Source: a virus. Taken from it: DNA of 64,000 nt. The position numbers and the translations under genes are program-made. Location: positions 28,809-92,808 of IMG/VR virus record IMGVR_UViG_3300025102_000012; one strand, 5' to 3'. Position 1 is the stretch's first letter, and each line of letters starts with the position of its first letter. Positions 8,678 to 19,646 of the stretch are shown piece after piece. The notes beneath the pieces were generated by a model that saw only the letters and a list, made by a program, of their open reading frames with translations, had not been told where the DNA came from and did not search any database.

Positions 8678-11600
8678 TGGCGCTAAAACTATTTCAAAAG
8701 GGACAAAGTTCTAGCCTAACCAACTTTAACATTGATGTCCCTACTAATCCAAAAGCCACTACTGAAAGTGCTTCTTTATCGGGTAGAATATTTTCCGCTA
8801 TTTATCCCGATGATTCTACTTCAGATAATTTTGAAGAAATAATTAATGGTGCAGGTATTACTACACCATATTCTAACTTAACAACAACAAACGGATTTAG
8901 AATAAACTGTTATGATAGTACCTCTCAAGTAGGTATTCGTTTAAATTCTCTAAACATATCATCAGATTCTTTTGAATATTATGTATTAATTCATTCCGAT
9001 AATCATTTAAAGCATCACTTTGCTAAAATAACTGAAATAATAAAGAGCGATGTAACTGGTGATTCTTTTGATTTTACTCCTAAATTAGGAAATGAAATAC
9101 TAAAAGATACTAAATTTATGTTATTTAAATTCCCAAAAAATTCGACAGCAATAGCCGTAAGTGCAGGGTTATCTTTAGATTTACAAAATGAATTAATTAT
9201 ATCAAGACCACACTATTTTTTTAGATTAAGCACTGATAAAAAGGATGAATTAGACCACAATACTAAATATTTTATGAGAGTAAAAGACGGTTCATCTAGT
9301 CCTATTACATTAGATAATACAATTACTCTAAAGACTACTTTTTTAACAGCGCAGGATTATGATTTAGGACTAATAGATTATAGTAAATACACTCTTAAAG
9401 TTAAGATGGTAGACACTCTTAGGACACTAGATTTACAAGGAACTATTACTTTATCAGATGGTTCTATTTATAATATTGCTACTTCGGGTAGTCCCACTAT
9501 TACAAACTTAAATCCAACACTAGATACATCTCAAATATTTGTTGGTATGGCCATTAACCATGCAAGGTTTTCAGGAATACCTAAAATAGTTTCTATTGGA
9601 ACTAATGAGATAACACTATCTCAAAATGCTATTTCTACGGGAGTTAGCCCTATTCTATTTTTTAGTGGAAACGAAGGACAACAAAATAATACTCTTGATT
9701 ATACAGATTATAAAGATGCTTTTCCACATGCAAGAGCAGACGGTGATAACTTGTTATTACCTGTTTCTAATAACTTTACTTCAACTGGAGAAAGAAGATA
9801 TTTGCATTACGATTTCTCTCCGGAAAAATGTAATAAATTACCCAACGCTATGGATTCTATTATATACGAATCAGCAGGAAATAGAGGGGCTTTTGCTGAA
9901 GTAAAGGCAGTAGATTCATTTAGAATCCTTCCCAAGAAAATTGTAGAATTTAACAAACTAAAGGCTAGGCATATTTTACATAGAGGGACTTTATCAGATT
10001 TTAAAGAGTTTGATTGGGCTATTACAAATATATCTACTTTAACTATAACATTAGATACTAATAATGCTAATTTACATTTTGTGGCAGGTAATGAAATAAA
10101 AATTGGAAACTTAATTTGTTTGGTAGATTCAGTTACTACTGATACAATAGTTCTAGAATCTGCTTTTAGATTAGAAGAAGAAAGTACCTTTACTTCGGGA
10201 ACTCCGCCAATAACATCAACCGATAAAGTCTCTAGAAGGGCATATAATCATGCTAATAATACATTGATGACGGATTTAACTTTGGTAAGTGATAGAAGCG
10301 ATTCTTTATTTGTTACTTTTATAGATGTTAATTTTATAGAACACTACGCTACGGTAACAGCCGTTAATTCTAAACAAAAACTTTTGACTTTATCTCTAAA
10401 CAGTTCTGCTTATACTGCTAATCAAACTCTATTTATAGATGGGCAATATTTAATAGAATATCAAAAGTTTGATGGAGAAATAGAATCAATAGATTCTTAT
10501 CAACAAGATGGTCAAACTTTAATAGAATTAAAAGGTAGAAATAAATTTAATAAATTACTTTCACCTATAATAAACAAATCAACTCTATTTAGTGATGATA
10601 TATTATATTCTAGCGAAACCTTTTATTCAGAATTAGAAAGAATAAAAGATGGAGCCACTGATGCTTTTTTAACTGCAAGTTATGGTAGTGATTTCGTAAA
10701 TTTCACTGATAGTCTTGGTAATGGCATTTCTGTTACTACTTCTACTGGTGATAATCTTTTTATAAAAACAAAAGCAGGAAATATCAAATATGTTGGAAAA
10801 ATATTATCCGGCAGCAGCGGAGGCGGCGCTAAACAATTAGAAACACTAGCAAATACTCAAACTAGTATGGGTATTAATGGTGATGATACTATCGCAGTAT
10901 ATAAACAAAAGAAAAAGGAATATGTTTTCAATAAAGCGTTGGCTAGTAGTCATTTAGTTCCTTCTAGTACATCTCTATCAGGTTCTTCCAATAAAGGTGT
11001 TTTCTTTACAGGAGGAAGAAAATTAGTAGGTGGTAATGAAAGCACTAGATTAGTTGGTAGTTCATTCGATAATAATCCTAATGCGGTAGGTTATCACATT
11101 AGCAACATTAGAAATATGAAAAGCGACAACTTTTTTCAGTCTACATTAGGGAATGATGCGGATAGTGAAACTTATCAAAATTTTGATACAGTAAATACTC
11201 TTATGGATTTTACTGTTGTTAATGTTTCTAATAGCGGGGCTAATAAATTAGTGGAGATTGCTCCATATATACCTTTATCATTAGCCTCAATTAAACATAA
11301 TTACGCAAATACAAGAGACATTACTAATGCTACACAATTTAGTAGTCAAAATTTAGGAACAATAAGCGCTATTCAAGACACTTTTAAAATAGTAACTTTA
11401 GATTTTGGATTTTGTTCTACCAATGCTGACAAAAGAAGGCTTCATAATAAGCCATTATATGTTAGCACATTGGGACAAACAGACTATACTTTTGTAGGAT
11501 TTATTTTACAAGTAAATAGATACGGCACTACTGGTTCTTCTAAAACAATCATTTCTCTTGATAGGGGTGTTGTTGCTACTGTAGGACAGCAACTATCAAT

Positions 11601-14600
11601 TTTAGAACCGACTACTGCGGTTAGTGATAATGAATTTACCACTTCTGATAATAAATTAAATCACGAATTAAACATAATAAATGCAGGACATTTACATACC
11701 GGAAAAACAATTTCTTTGGTTCATCCTTCTTTTGGTGCAGATGGTCTTCCAAAAAACTTCGATGTGGATTTAGAAAACAGCGTAGCAAGCGTAGAAACTA
11801 CTAGTTTTAGGAAATATGGAGATTCTGTTTATAGATTATTTAACATAGAAAAGGGAGACATCAAAACAAAAGAACATGGATTATTGGGTTTATCAAGCAG
11901 ATTTTCAAAAGCAAGCGAACAAAAAGCAAGTGTTCCCTTTTATGCTTCCGGATATAGATTAGGGGCAGGTTATAATTACGAAAGTTCTTTTGATAATGGT
12001 TTACAGCCTGTAAATAAAATAACTACCCATAGCAATATTTATGCTTTGAACAATTTACCAATCGAAAGTAGGGGACAGGCAAGTGCAGGTTCTAGGTTCT
12101 TTGATAGTAATATTTTCCCTGCCGGAAATGAGGACTTTTCACTCTTCTTCCCAACCTTTGCGACTACCGATACCGAGCATGTTTCTCCAACAAATGATGA
12201 TTACCTAAAATTAGTTCCATATTCTGTTAAAGAATATTTGAATATTTTAGATATAAGCACTAAGAGAATGTTTTTGTTTTCTAATTGTGATATTTCTCCT
12301 TATTCTAGAAAAAGAACAACAAGCCTATTATTTGGAACTAAAACGATAGGCGACTACTCTATACTAGGGATAAAAGAACCCTTTTCATCCGGACGCTCCG
12401 ATGTAAAAGATGATGTATTATCTACTGAAACTATTAACCTAAATGACGATTCTTATTCTTCTAGTAACATTGTAGAAGCCAATAAAACCATAACTAACCT
12501 AAAGGGTTTTTCTATGATGAGGCTTACTGAAGTGTGTTTAGATTGGGCTTTTAATCAAGTAAATCCTGAATCACCAATAGATAAAAAAGCAACAATACCA
12601 CAATTAGATACCGCAGGTTATTCCTTTTCATCTATAGGAACTGGGATAACTGTTACTGCTAGTAATTATGAAGTTAATGCATTAGGTAATTATTCACAAA
12701 ACTCATTTGGGATATTAGCCGATGGCAATGCAAATTGGGCGGCTACTCCGGGTGGTGGTCATTCTTTGGTTGTAGGAGATATAATTACAGACGGTAATGG
12801 AAGATACATAGGAACTGTGGCGAGTTTTGCATCACCGGGAGCAACAACCAATTCAGTTTGTATGTTAGATAGAATACCATACAGAACAGATGGTGATAAT
12901 TACTTTACCGGACAAGTATTCAAAATAAGAAGAAGTGATATTCTTACAGATTTACAAATCAACGGTAAAGGAGGTGTAGATACCTTTACTTCAGTAGAAG
13001 AAGATATTCATATGTTTAAATCGGCTTTTATGAGTCGTGGAAAGTTTGAATTTATGAAACAAAAAGTTGCCTTTACTGTTAGTGCCACAGCAAATGACAT
13101 AGATACTGGTTCTGAGTTTCTATTAATAACATTACCAAAAGAAGACGGCACTACTGCTAATTTTTACATTTATTATAGTATTGGTGGGAGTAGTGCGCCT
13201 TCTTCTCATGCATCTACATATCCCACTTACGGCCTTATTGAAGTCCCTATTGATGGAATAAATAGCGTTGCTTATTCAGACAAACAGGCAAGACTATTAG
13301 CATTATATAATGCTCTAATAGGTAACTCAACTTTTATGTCCCATGTATACAGTATTGGTCATGCAAGCAATACCATACATCTAATTCCTGTAATAACTGT
13401 TGAGGCTTTTAATAATCCTACAATTTTTGATATGACTGGTTTTCCTACTAATCCTATTGGTGAATATTCTGCACCTACCTCTACAATGGGAGGAGTTCAC
13501 AAAATGGGATATGGTCAAGATGGGACTGTTAGTTTCAACAATGATGAGATATTAAATACAGCAATAATTATAACTGGTTCACATACTTTTAGTGCAGGAG
13601 AAGGCTATGGAGGAAGTAAAGATAGTTCTTGGCGACAAAAATCCGATGAAACATTAGGTGGTAAAATAACAGATGAATCTTATATTATGCATTCTGTTTT
13701 ACCAATTACTACTAATTTAAATCAAGCACGAATATTTTATCCATTTAGTATTTTTAGATGGTTGGCTAATCTTCCTAAAAGTGACAAAACCATATCTAGT
13801 AAAGGTCTTGGTCTAAGAACAACAACTACTGGGTATTGGGAATTCCTCTACAAATTCTTTAATACGGTGTGTTTAGAAAGGTATGATATTGAGGATAATG
13901 TTGGTGCTAAGGCCGTAGCAGGAATGTCTACACCTTATATTAGAGGAATATTTAGAAAAGAATACACAACTTCATTGAATAAAGCACTGTATGGAATAAA
14001 TTATCTTGGAGGTAGTTTTGGTGATTTATTAGTCACTGAAGCCAATACCATAACAAAAGCCGGTACTAGTGTATTTCCTAGAGAAAGATTTCAATTGACT
14101 GATAATCAAGAATTCGCACTAAAAGAATTTGACGGTAATCCTTCAACAACTGGATATAATCAAGAACTAAGAGAGGCTGATGGTGCTTTAACAGTATTTA
14201 AGCCAAAACTATTTGTTAGTGCTGATGTGTTTGCGACAGAATCAACACAAATAGGTCTAGGAAACCATACTCAATATAAATACACTTTTACTAGTGGGAA
14301 TTATCGTGGTGCATCTACAAATGTTTCTCAATACACTTGGTTAAATTTTGTAGATTTAACTGGTTGTTATTTAGCCTCTAGCCGAGGAAAGAAATATAGA
14401 ACAGATGGTTCCTCTACAATTACAGACACAACCGGACTTAGTGTTCCGTCTTCTAAAACAACCGACTATACACCCGAAACATTAGCCTATGTTTTATCAC
14501 ATGAATTAGATACTACTAATGCAGTAAATAAACACATTATTATTGTAGATAAACGATTGAATACAAATGAACTTTATTCATTATTACAGCCAAACCACAG

Positions 14601-15984
14601 ATTCTCACATAGTTTTAGTCCCAACAATATTAGATTGAATGAACTTTCAAGCAAATATACAAAGTTAGCAAATGAAAATTCTATGTATAAAAACATTAAA
14701 AATTACTCGGCTTTATCTAATGCTTTAGAAATAAACGGAGAAAGAGAAGGTGTAATGTCAATGTATGTTATTGCTGATATAGACGGACAAACTAATAGTG
14801 GAGAAATAGTGATACGCAACCCAAATACTCTCTCAGATAATAATGAAAGTATTATTGATTTACCTCCTAATATGATAATCAGTGATGGAGAAAACACACA
14901 TAAAGTATCAGTAGAGATGGAAAATTTAGGAGACACTATTGGGTATTATCTTTCTTTATCGGATATGTATGACCTAAAAGGAATAATAAGTTTAACAGAA
15001 TCTATTACTTTAACAGTAGGAAAAGAATTCGATAGCGAATCAAAGAGATGTTTAATTGGTTCCGGAGTAAAAATATGCAATGAAGCAGAAGACTTGATTA
15101 ACAATCTATTAGAAGAGGAAGGATTAGAATTTAATTTAGATTCTGTTGATTATCCTTTATTTGTTGCTCCAAACTTTCAAGGCTCAACGCTTATGGATGC
15201 TTTACACTTTTTAACAGAAAAGAAAGATAAAACTATTGTTTATGAAAATGATTTGTTTTCTATAAAAGATAAAGAATCTAATGATTTCTTTTCTAACATA
15301 TTGATTAACGATACAGGAGAGTATCAGATACTAGAATATGAAAAAGTTAGAACTACTTTTGACTTACACAATGAAATTATAGTTTATGGAAATAGTCATA
15401 AAGCAACTAAAAAGGATTTAAGAAGCATACAGAAAAGAGGAAGAAAAACTCTAGAAGTTTTTGAAAGAGAATTAATTACTCAAGATGAAGTAAATAAAAG
15501 AGCAAAAAACCTTCTAAAGATTCATTCTACACTCAATACCAAATTAATAATCACTGTCAGTTCTAAAGGATTAGGACAACTAAAAGCAGGAGACTTAATT
15601 CAAGTACAAATAGAAAGAGAGAATATAGAAAGAGGTCAATTTTTAGTATTGCAAATAGAGCATAAGATGACTGGTCTATTAAAATTAGAACTAGGAAGAT
15701 ACTCAAAGCAATTAGAAGATAGATTTGCAGAACTACTAATTGCTAATAAGAAAACTAATTCAGCCATTCGCAATCAAAAATTCAGTGAACCGACTACTGG
15801 CTTTGACTTCATAGATAACACAAGCGTTAAAGAAATAAGGTTGCACATTAGAAAAAGAACAACTAGTGGAACAGTATTAACATTAGGTTTTGGAACAACC
15901 CTAAATACAAGCACTATAGAACTAGGGTTTGAAGGTGGGGGCAGTATCACTCTCACCACTTTGATTGATGAGGATTTGCTATGA
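8677..15984 (+). CDS. Giant tail-tip/hub-adhesin protein (2435 aa)
   Basis: Tail module position; hub-like segments (FDGEIESI...IELKGRN; NEIIVYG...SIQKRGRKTLEV...LKAGDLIQV). Confidence 0.65.
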   Translation: MALKLFQKGQSSSLTNFNIDVPTNPKATTESASLSGRIFSAIYPDDSTSDNFEEIINGAGITTPYSNLTTTNGFRINCYDSTSQVGIRLNSLNISSDSFEYYVLIHSDNHLKHHFAKITEIIKSDVTGDSFDFTPKLGNEILKDTKFMLFKFPKNSTAIAVSAGLSLDLQNELIISRPHYFFRLSTDKKDELDHNTKYFMRVKDGSSSPITLDNTITLKTTFLTAQDYDLGLIDYSKYTLKVKMVDTLRTLDLQGTITLSDGSIYNIATSGSPTITNLNPTLDTSQIFVGMAINHARFSGIPKIVSIGTNEITLSQNAISTGVSPILFFSGNEGQQNNTLDYTDYKDAFPHARADGDNLLLPVSNNFTSTGERRYLHYDFSPEKCNKLPNAMDSIIYESAGNRGAFAEVKAVDSFRILPKKIVEFNKLKARHILHRGTLSDFKEFDWAITNISTLTITLDTNNANLHFVAGNEIKIGNLICLVDSVTTDTIVLESAFRLEEESTFTSGTPPITSTDKVSRRAYNHANNTLMTDLTLVSDRSDSLFVTFIDVNFIEHYATVTAVNSKQKLLTLSLNSSAYTANQTLFIDGQYLIEYQKFDGEIESIDSYQQDGQTLIELKGRNKFNKLLSPIINKSTLFSDDILYSSETFYSELERIKDGATDAFLTASYGSDFVNFTDSLGNGISVTTSTGDNLFIKTKAGNIKYVGKILSGSSGGGAKQLETLANTQTSMGINGDDTIAVYKQKKKEYVFNKALASSHLVPSSTSLSGSSNKGVFFTGGRKLVGGNESTRLVGSSFDNNPNAVGYHISNIRNMKSDNFFQSTLGNDADSETYQNFDTVNTLMDFTVVNVSNSGANKLVEIAPYIPLSLASIKHNYANTRDITNATQFSSQNLGTISAIQDTFKIVTLDFGFCSTNADKRRLHNKPLYVSTLGQTDYTFVGFILQVNRYGTTGSSKTIISLDRGVVATVGQQLSILEPTTAVSDNEFTTSDNKLNHELNIINAGHLHTGKTISLVHPSFGADGLPKNFDVDLENSVASVETTSFRKYGDSVYRLFNIEKGDIKTKEHGLLGLSSRFSKASEQKASVPFYASGYRLGAGYNYESSFDNGLQPVNKITTHSNIYALNNLPIESRGQASAGSRFFDSNIFPAGNEDFSLFFPTFATTDTEHVSPTNDDYLKLVPYSVKEYLNILDISTKRMFLFSNCDISPYSRKRTTSLLFGTKTIGDYSILGIKEPFSSGRSDVKDDVLSTETINLNDDSYSSSNIVEANKTITNLKGFSMMRLTEVCLDWAFNQVNPESPIDKKATIPQLDTAGYSFSSIGTGITVTASNYEVNALGNYSQNSFGILADGNANWAATPGGGHSLVVGDIITDGNGRYIGTVASFASPGATTNSVCMLDRIPYRTDGDNYFTGQVFKIRRSDILTDLQINGKGGVDTFTSVEEDIHMFKSAFMSRGKFEFMKQKVAFTVSATANDIDTGSEFLLITLPKEDGTTANFYIYYSIGGSSAPSSHASTYPTYGLIEVPIDGINSVAYSDKQARLLALYNALIGNSTFMSHVYSIGHASNTIHLIPVITVEAFNNPTIFDMTGFPTNPIGEYSAPTSTMGGVHKMGYGQDGTVSFNNDEILNTAIIITGSHTFSAGEGYGGSKDSSWRQKSDETLGGKITDESYIMHSVLPITTNLNQARIFYPFSIFRWLANLPKSDKTISSKGLGLRTTTTGYWEFLYKFFNTVCLERYDIEDNVGAKAVAGMSTPYIRGIFRKEYTTSLNKALYGINYLGGSFGDLLVTEANTITKAGTSVFPRERFQLTDNQEFALKEFDGNPSTTGYNQELREADGALTVFKPKLFVSADVFATESTQIGLGNHTQYKYTFTSGNYRGASTNVSQYTWLNFVDLTGCYLASSRGKKYRTDGSSTITDTTGLSVPSSKTTDYTPETLAYVLSHELDTTNAVNKHIIIVDKRLNTNELYSLLQPNHRFSHSFSPNNIRLNELSSKYTKLANENSMYKNIKNYSALSNALEINGEREGVMSMYVIADIDGQTNSGEIVIRNPNTLSDNNESIIDLPPNMIISDGENTHKVSVEMENLGDTIGYYLSLSDMYDLKGIISLTESITLTVGKEFDSESKRCLIGSGVKICNEAEDLINNLLEEEGLEFNLDSVDYPLFVAPNFQGSTLMDALHFLTEKKDKTIVYENDLFSIKDKESNDFFSNILINDTGEYQILEYEKVRTTFDLHNEIIVYGNSHKATKKDLRSIQKRGRKTLEVFERELITQDEVNKRAKNLLKIHSTLNTKLIITVSSKGLGQLKAGDLIQVQIERENIERGQFLVLQIEHKMTGLLKLELGRYSKQLEDRFAELLIANKKTNSAIRNQKFSEPTTGFDFIDNTSVKEIRLHIRKRTTSGTVLTLGFGTTLNTSTIELGFEGGGSITLTTLIDEDLL

Positions 15985-16331
15985 TAACAAACAAATTAAG
16001 AGAACTTTTGGCTACACAAGTAAAAACATTAGCAGATGCTGGTAGTGGTCAAGTTGGCTACGGAGGCAACTCTACAAGTCCGTTCTCTAGTGTTCTTGAT
16101 GTACCTGCGGGAGTGGGTGTTCCAGTATCAATAGTAACAGCAAATGCTGATGAAAATGTTATTGAAATAAAAGCAAGCGTTGATGGCGCAAATGTTACTG
16201 GGCGTGTTTTAAGAGAACTGGGTATTTTTGATGGGTCATCAAACATGCTTACTAGAGTTAATTTTGACGGTATCGGGCCATTTTCAGCAGGAGAAACAAT
16301 TGAATTTTTTATAACGATAGAGGTAGAATAA
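15981..16331 (+). CDS. Baseplate/tail-fibre attachment protein
   Basis: MITN...VGYGG...LRELGIFD...MLTR pattern typical of fibre-anchor domains. Confidence 0.55.
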   Translation: MITNKLRELLATQVKTLADAGSGQVGYGGNSTSPFSSVLDVPAGVGVPVSIVTANADENVIEIKASVDGANVTGRVLRELGIFDGSSNMLTRVNFDGIGPFSAGETIEFFITIEVE

Positions 16332-16332
16332 T

Positions 16333-18489
16333 ATGAGCCAAACAGAAAACAATAAACATAAATTTACACAAAGTTCAACTGGATTAACTTTGTCAGAAAT
16401 ACAAGACGGTGTTGATTTTCCGCATACTGGACTATTAAAATCACTACTTCAAACCGCCAAAGGAAACCATGTAGTTAAAACAGGAAATGGTAATTCAAAT
16501 GATGATTTTGCTATAACTAGAAGTAATTCTACAACTATAACGGTAAAAGGAGGTTCTTATTATAGGAATAATAAATTACACACTATTACTGATTCTGATG
16601 CTTCTCCTACGGTTACTCTTACTTTAGGATTTACTACGGCTAATGCTTATCATCTTTTAGTAATAAACGAAGCAGGTCAATTCGCAATAAGAAATCCAAC
16701 TGCCGCAAATAAAGTAGCAGATACAGAATTGAATGATGTTATTGTTGCCGTATTAACTTATACGGGTGCTGATATTCATGTTCAATACTTAACAAATGAC
16801 AAATCTGCTAATTCTTTGAGTATTGCTCATGATAATGGAGGTTCACAAGCGACGGCTGTTTATACTGAAGTTGGTGAAATAGCGCATGACTCAGCAACAA
16901 ATGGAGTTAAATTCAAAGTAACAGCAGGTGATTTAACAATTGAAAATGATGCGGCTGATGGCGATATTATCTTCAAAGGTAACGATTCAGATGGAACTGC
17001 TGATTTAACTGCATTAAGTCTTAATATGAGTCTTAATGGAAAGGCTACATTTAGCGGAGATGTTGTTTCGGGTACAACAACATTAACTGGCGGTAGTGTT
17101 GCTAATGAAGGCAATAATAGAGTCACTACCTCTACTGGTAGTAATGGTGATTTAAATGCAGAAGCAAACTTAGTTTTTGATGGTTCTAGTTTAGGAATAG
17201 GAACTGCAACTCCGGGATTTACATTAGATGTAGTAGGAGGAATTAGGTCTAGTCTTAATATGTTTTCACAGACAGACATTTCAGCAAGTAATGGAACTGT
17301 TAGTGGAGATAATATAGCAGCAACAACTAATCTTTCTAATAGCGGTTCAAGAACCAAAAGCAAATTAAAAGCCGCTAGAGTACAAGGACATGCTGCTGCA
17401 TCTGTATATGCCCATGCAACTATAAGTCAAGCGGTACAACATGGCGGTTTAATTGATGCCGCAAAAGAAATATATTATGTTGGTATGAATACTAATAGTG
17501 GTGCCTCTCATCAAAATACTCTTCTAAATGGTATACCTGTAAATGCCGGTAGCAATAACCCTTCAGATTTTTATACAATAACAGAAGCAAATTACAATGT
17601 ATTGAATTCCGGTGATGTAGTAAATGGCCATACTTATGTTGCAGAAAGTGTTTTTGGAGGCGGAGCAATATTTGTAGGTTTAGTAGCGCCTGAATATGCA
17701 TCGGATAAGGAAGTAATAATACATAATGTAACAGGGTTTGCATTATATGTTATTGCTATTAATCCTGCTATAGACCCAAGCAATTTTGACCACATAGCAA
17801 GAAATAGATTTAATGGAGGTTATCATCATCATACTCAGTTTGCTAATGTTACTGGTAATGATAGGCTTTTTGATTTAGGAAGACTATTATTAGGAGCGCC
17901 TTCTGCTTCTAATTTTAATTTTTCACCGGGCATACCAGTAGCGCCACATAATAATCCTTACAATAAAGATGCTATTCTAATAAAACCAAGAGAATCAGTA
18001 AGGCTAACTGCAATGAAATCCTCAACAGGAGAAGGCGGTACTAACTTTGAAACAGATTGGCATATTCAACAAGGACTATTAAATGTTTTTTCCGGAGACT
18101 TTCTATCTTCTCAATGGATGATTACTTCTTCTTCTAGTGGTACTGATAAAGCACAAATGGTAGAATTATTAGATTCATTTATGCATGTTCCTGTACATTA
18201 TACTGGAACAACTTTTATTTGCGAAGGAGATAATGAAATAGTATTGCCCAATTATCCCGAAGATGGTACACAATTTGCTTTTTTATGTATACAAGGTACG
18301 ACAACAATTACTTTACCAACAACATCAAACGCAATTTCTCAATTTGGGCAAAATATGCTTCCTCCTTCTTTTTTTGAAGTAGGTACAAACCCTGCTTCAA
18401 GTATAACTTTAACTGCCGGAGATGCTCGTACTTTTGTTCATTATACTTCTCAAATCGCTAGTACAAGAGGCTATCAAGTAATAGGTTGA
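16333..18489 (+). CDS. Tail fibre / receptor-binding protein
   Basis: Fibre-type motifs (DGDIIFKGND, NRVTTSTG...LNAEANLVFDG, LGIGTATP..TLDV). Confidence 0.7.
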   Translation: MSQTENNKHKFTQSSTGLTLSEIQDGVDFPHTGLLKSLLQTAKGNHVVKTGNGNSNDDFAITRSNSTTITVKGGSYYRNNKLHTITDSDASPTVTLTLGFTTANAYHLLVINEAGQFAIRNPTAANKVADTELNDVIVAVLTYTGADIHVQYLTNDKSANSLSIAHDNGGSQATAVYTEVGEIAHDSATNGVKFKVTAGDLTIENDAADGDIIFKGNDSDGTADLTALSLNMSLNGKATFSGDVVSGTTTLTGGSVANEGNNRVTTSTGSNGDLNAEANLVFDGSSLGIGTATPGFTLDVVGGIRSSLNMFSQTDISASNGTVSGDNIAATTNLSNSGSRTKSKLKAARVQGHAAASVYAHATISQAVQHGGLIDAAKEIYYVGMNTNSGASHQNTLLNGIPVNAGSNNPSDFYTITEANYNVLNSGDVVNGHTYVAESVFGGGAIFVGLVAPEYASDKEVIIHNVTGFALYVIAINPAIDPSNFDHIARNRFNGGYHHHTQFANVTGNDRLFDLGRLLLGAPSASNFNFSPGIPVAPHNNPYNKDAILIKPRESVRLTAMKSSTGEGGTNFETDWHIQQGLLNVFSGDFLSSQWMITSSSSGTDKAQMVELLDSFMHVPVHYTGTTFICEGDNEIVLPNYPEDGTQFAFLCIQGTTTITLPTTSNAISQFGQNMLPPSFFEVGTNPASSITLTAGDARTFVHYTSQIASTRGYQVIG

Positions 18490-18494
18490 TTAAA

Positions 18495-19154
18495 ATGAAT
18501 CCACTTTTTCTTATTACTAAAGGCATTAAAGCCAAAAAGAAAAGATTAGCAGGAGGAGGAGGCGGCGGTGGTATTTCTGCTGGAACTAAATTAATCGCAC
18601 GAACAAGTAAAGTTAGCCCGGTTACAAATCATGCTGAAGTAGTTTTACAAATAGAAGATATGACCAACGGACAATTCCATGTAGACCCAATAAGCGGTTC
18701 TTTAATTAGAAATGTTGTTGTTAGTGATGCTGTTGCCATTTCTAATTCTGTTGCTGGAACTTCGGCAGTATTAACTAATGGTACTGCTACATTAAGTATT
18801 GGTAATGATTATGAAATAAGACCTGACGCTTTTTATGGTAGTGCTAGTTCAGCAAGCCCCACAGGAACAGAACAATTAACTGTTTCAGTAATACAAGATA
18901 CTGCTAATAATGTATCAAATGGTCATGTTGGCATTGGTGGACTTAATCTTGCTGGCGGTCTAACTTTTAGTTTAAGCCACCCATATAGGTCAACTTTTAA
19001 TATAGGTAATATAGGAATTAGTTCTAATGCTTTAGCAGGAAATCTTACTTTTAAATTACAAATAGTAGGAGGAACAACCGATACAGATGCAAATGTACTT
19101 GCTGGAACTGCGGCAACTTCCGATAGTTATTATTTGAGGGTAATTTTACAATGA
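18495..19154 (+). CDS. Virion-associated beta-rich protein
   Basis: Basic N-terminus, poly-Gly linker, beta-rich domain; end of tail module. Confidence 0.45.
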   Translation: MNPLFLITKGIKAKKKRLAGGGGGGGISAGTKLIARTSKVSPVTNHAEVVLQIEDMTNGQFHVDPISGSLIRNVVVSDAVAISNSVAGTSAVLTNGTATLSIGNDYEIRPDAFYGSASSASPTGTEQLTVSVIQDTANNVSNGHVGIGGLNLAGGLTFSLSHPYRSTFNIGNIGISSNALAGNLTFKLQIVGGTTDTDANVLAGTAATSDSYYLRVILQ

Positions 19155-19166
19155 AGTTTTGATTTT

Positions 19167-19292
19167 ATGTTTATTAAACTATTAATATACTTTTTACTTA
19201 GTTTTATCGTTGGTTATTTAACAGTTAGCGCACTATTAGTTGAAAATAAACCATTAGGTTTTATTATTTTAGAAGAAAAAAATCTTGATTAG
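19167..19292 (+). CDS. Small membrane protein (41 aa)
   Basis: MFIKLLIYFLLSFIVGYLTVSALL...; one TM segment; read manually. Confidence 0.4.
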   Translation: MFIKLLIYFLLSFIVGYLTVSALLVENKPLGFIILEEKNLD

Positions 19293-19332
19293 CCCAACAA
19301 AATTGAATTTTAAGTGTTTTTTTAAAAAGACC

Positions 19333-19370
19333 AAAAAAAAATCGAGGGCGGGGCTTATGCCCCTACCCTC
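19333..19370 (-). terminator. GC-rich hairpin plus T-run at the convergence of structural and replication blocks
   Basis: Minus strand GAGGGTAGGGGC-ATAA-GCCCCGCCCTC followed by GA and T9. Confidence 0.75.
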
Positions 19371-19504
19371 TTATTAGACCAAATGGCTAAACAATTTCTA
19401 CATTCCCATAATTTAATTTGTTCGTTTGAACCAACATAAAAACCAAGTATTCTTTTGGCTACTGTTGCTTCTTTACAATACGGACAAATTTGTTTAAGGC
19501 TCAT
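19355..19504 (-). CDS. Small zinc-ribbon protein (TFS/TFIIS C-ribbon-like)
   Basis: 49 aa, CPYC...WECRNCLAIW; read manually. Confidence 0.5.
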   Translation of the reverse strand: MSLKQICPYCKEATVAKRILGFYVGSNEQIKLWECRNCLAIWSNKRVGA

Positions 19505-19646
19505 TTTTATCGCCAATATCCATCAAACGCTTCATATATTCCTCTACGCTTTCGTCGGTAACGCTAGTTCCTCCAAAGGCGGCAAAGAACAAAAGCATTA
19601 GAACAGTGACAAAAACGAACAAGCCGAACCATTCCCAACCAGTCAT
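19494..19646 (-). CDS. Small membrane protein (50 aa)
   Basis: MTGWEWFGLFVFVTVLMLLFFAAFGG...; start overlaps upstream stop. Confidence 0.5.
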   Translation of the reverse strand: MTGWEWFGLFVFVTVLMLLFFAAFGGTSVTDESVEEYMKRLMDIGDKNEP

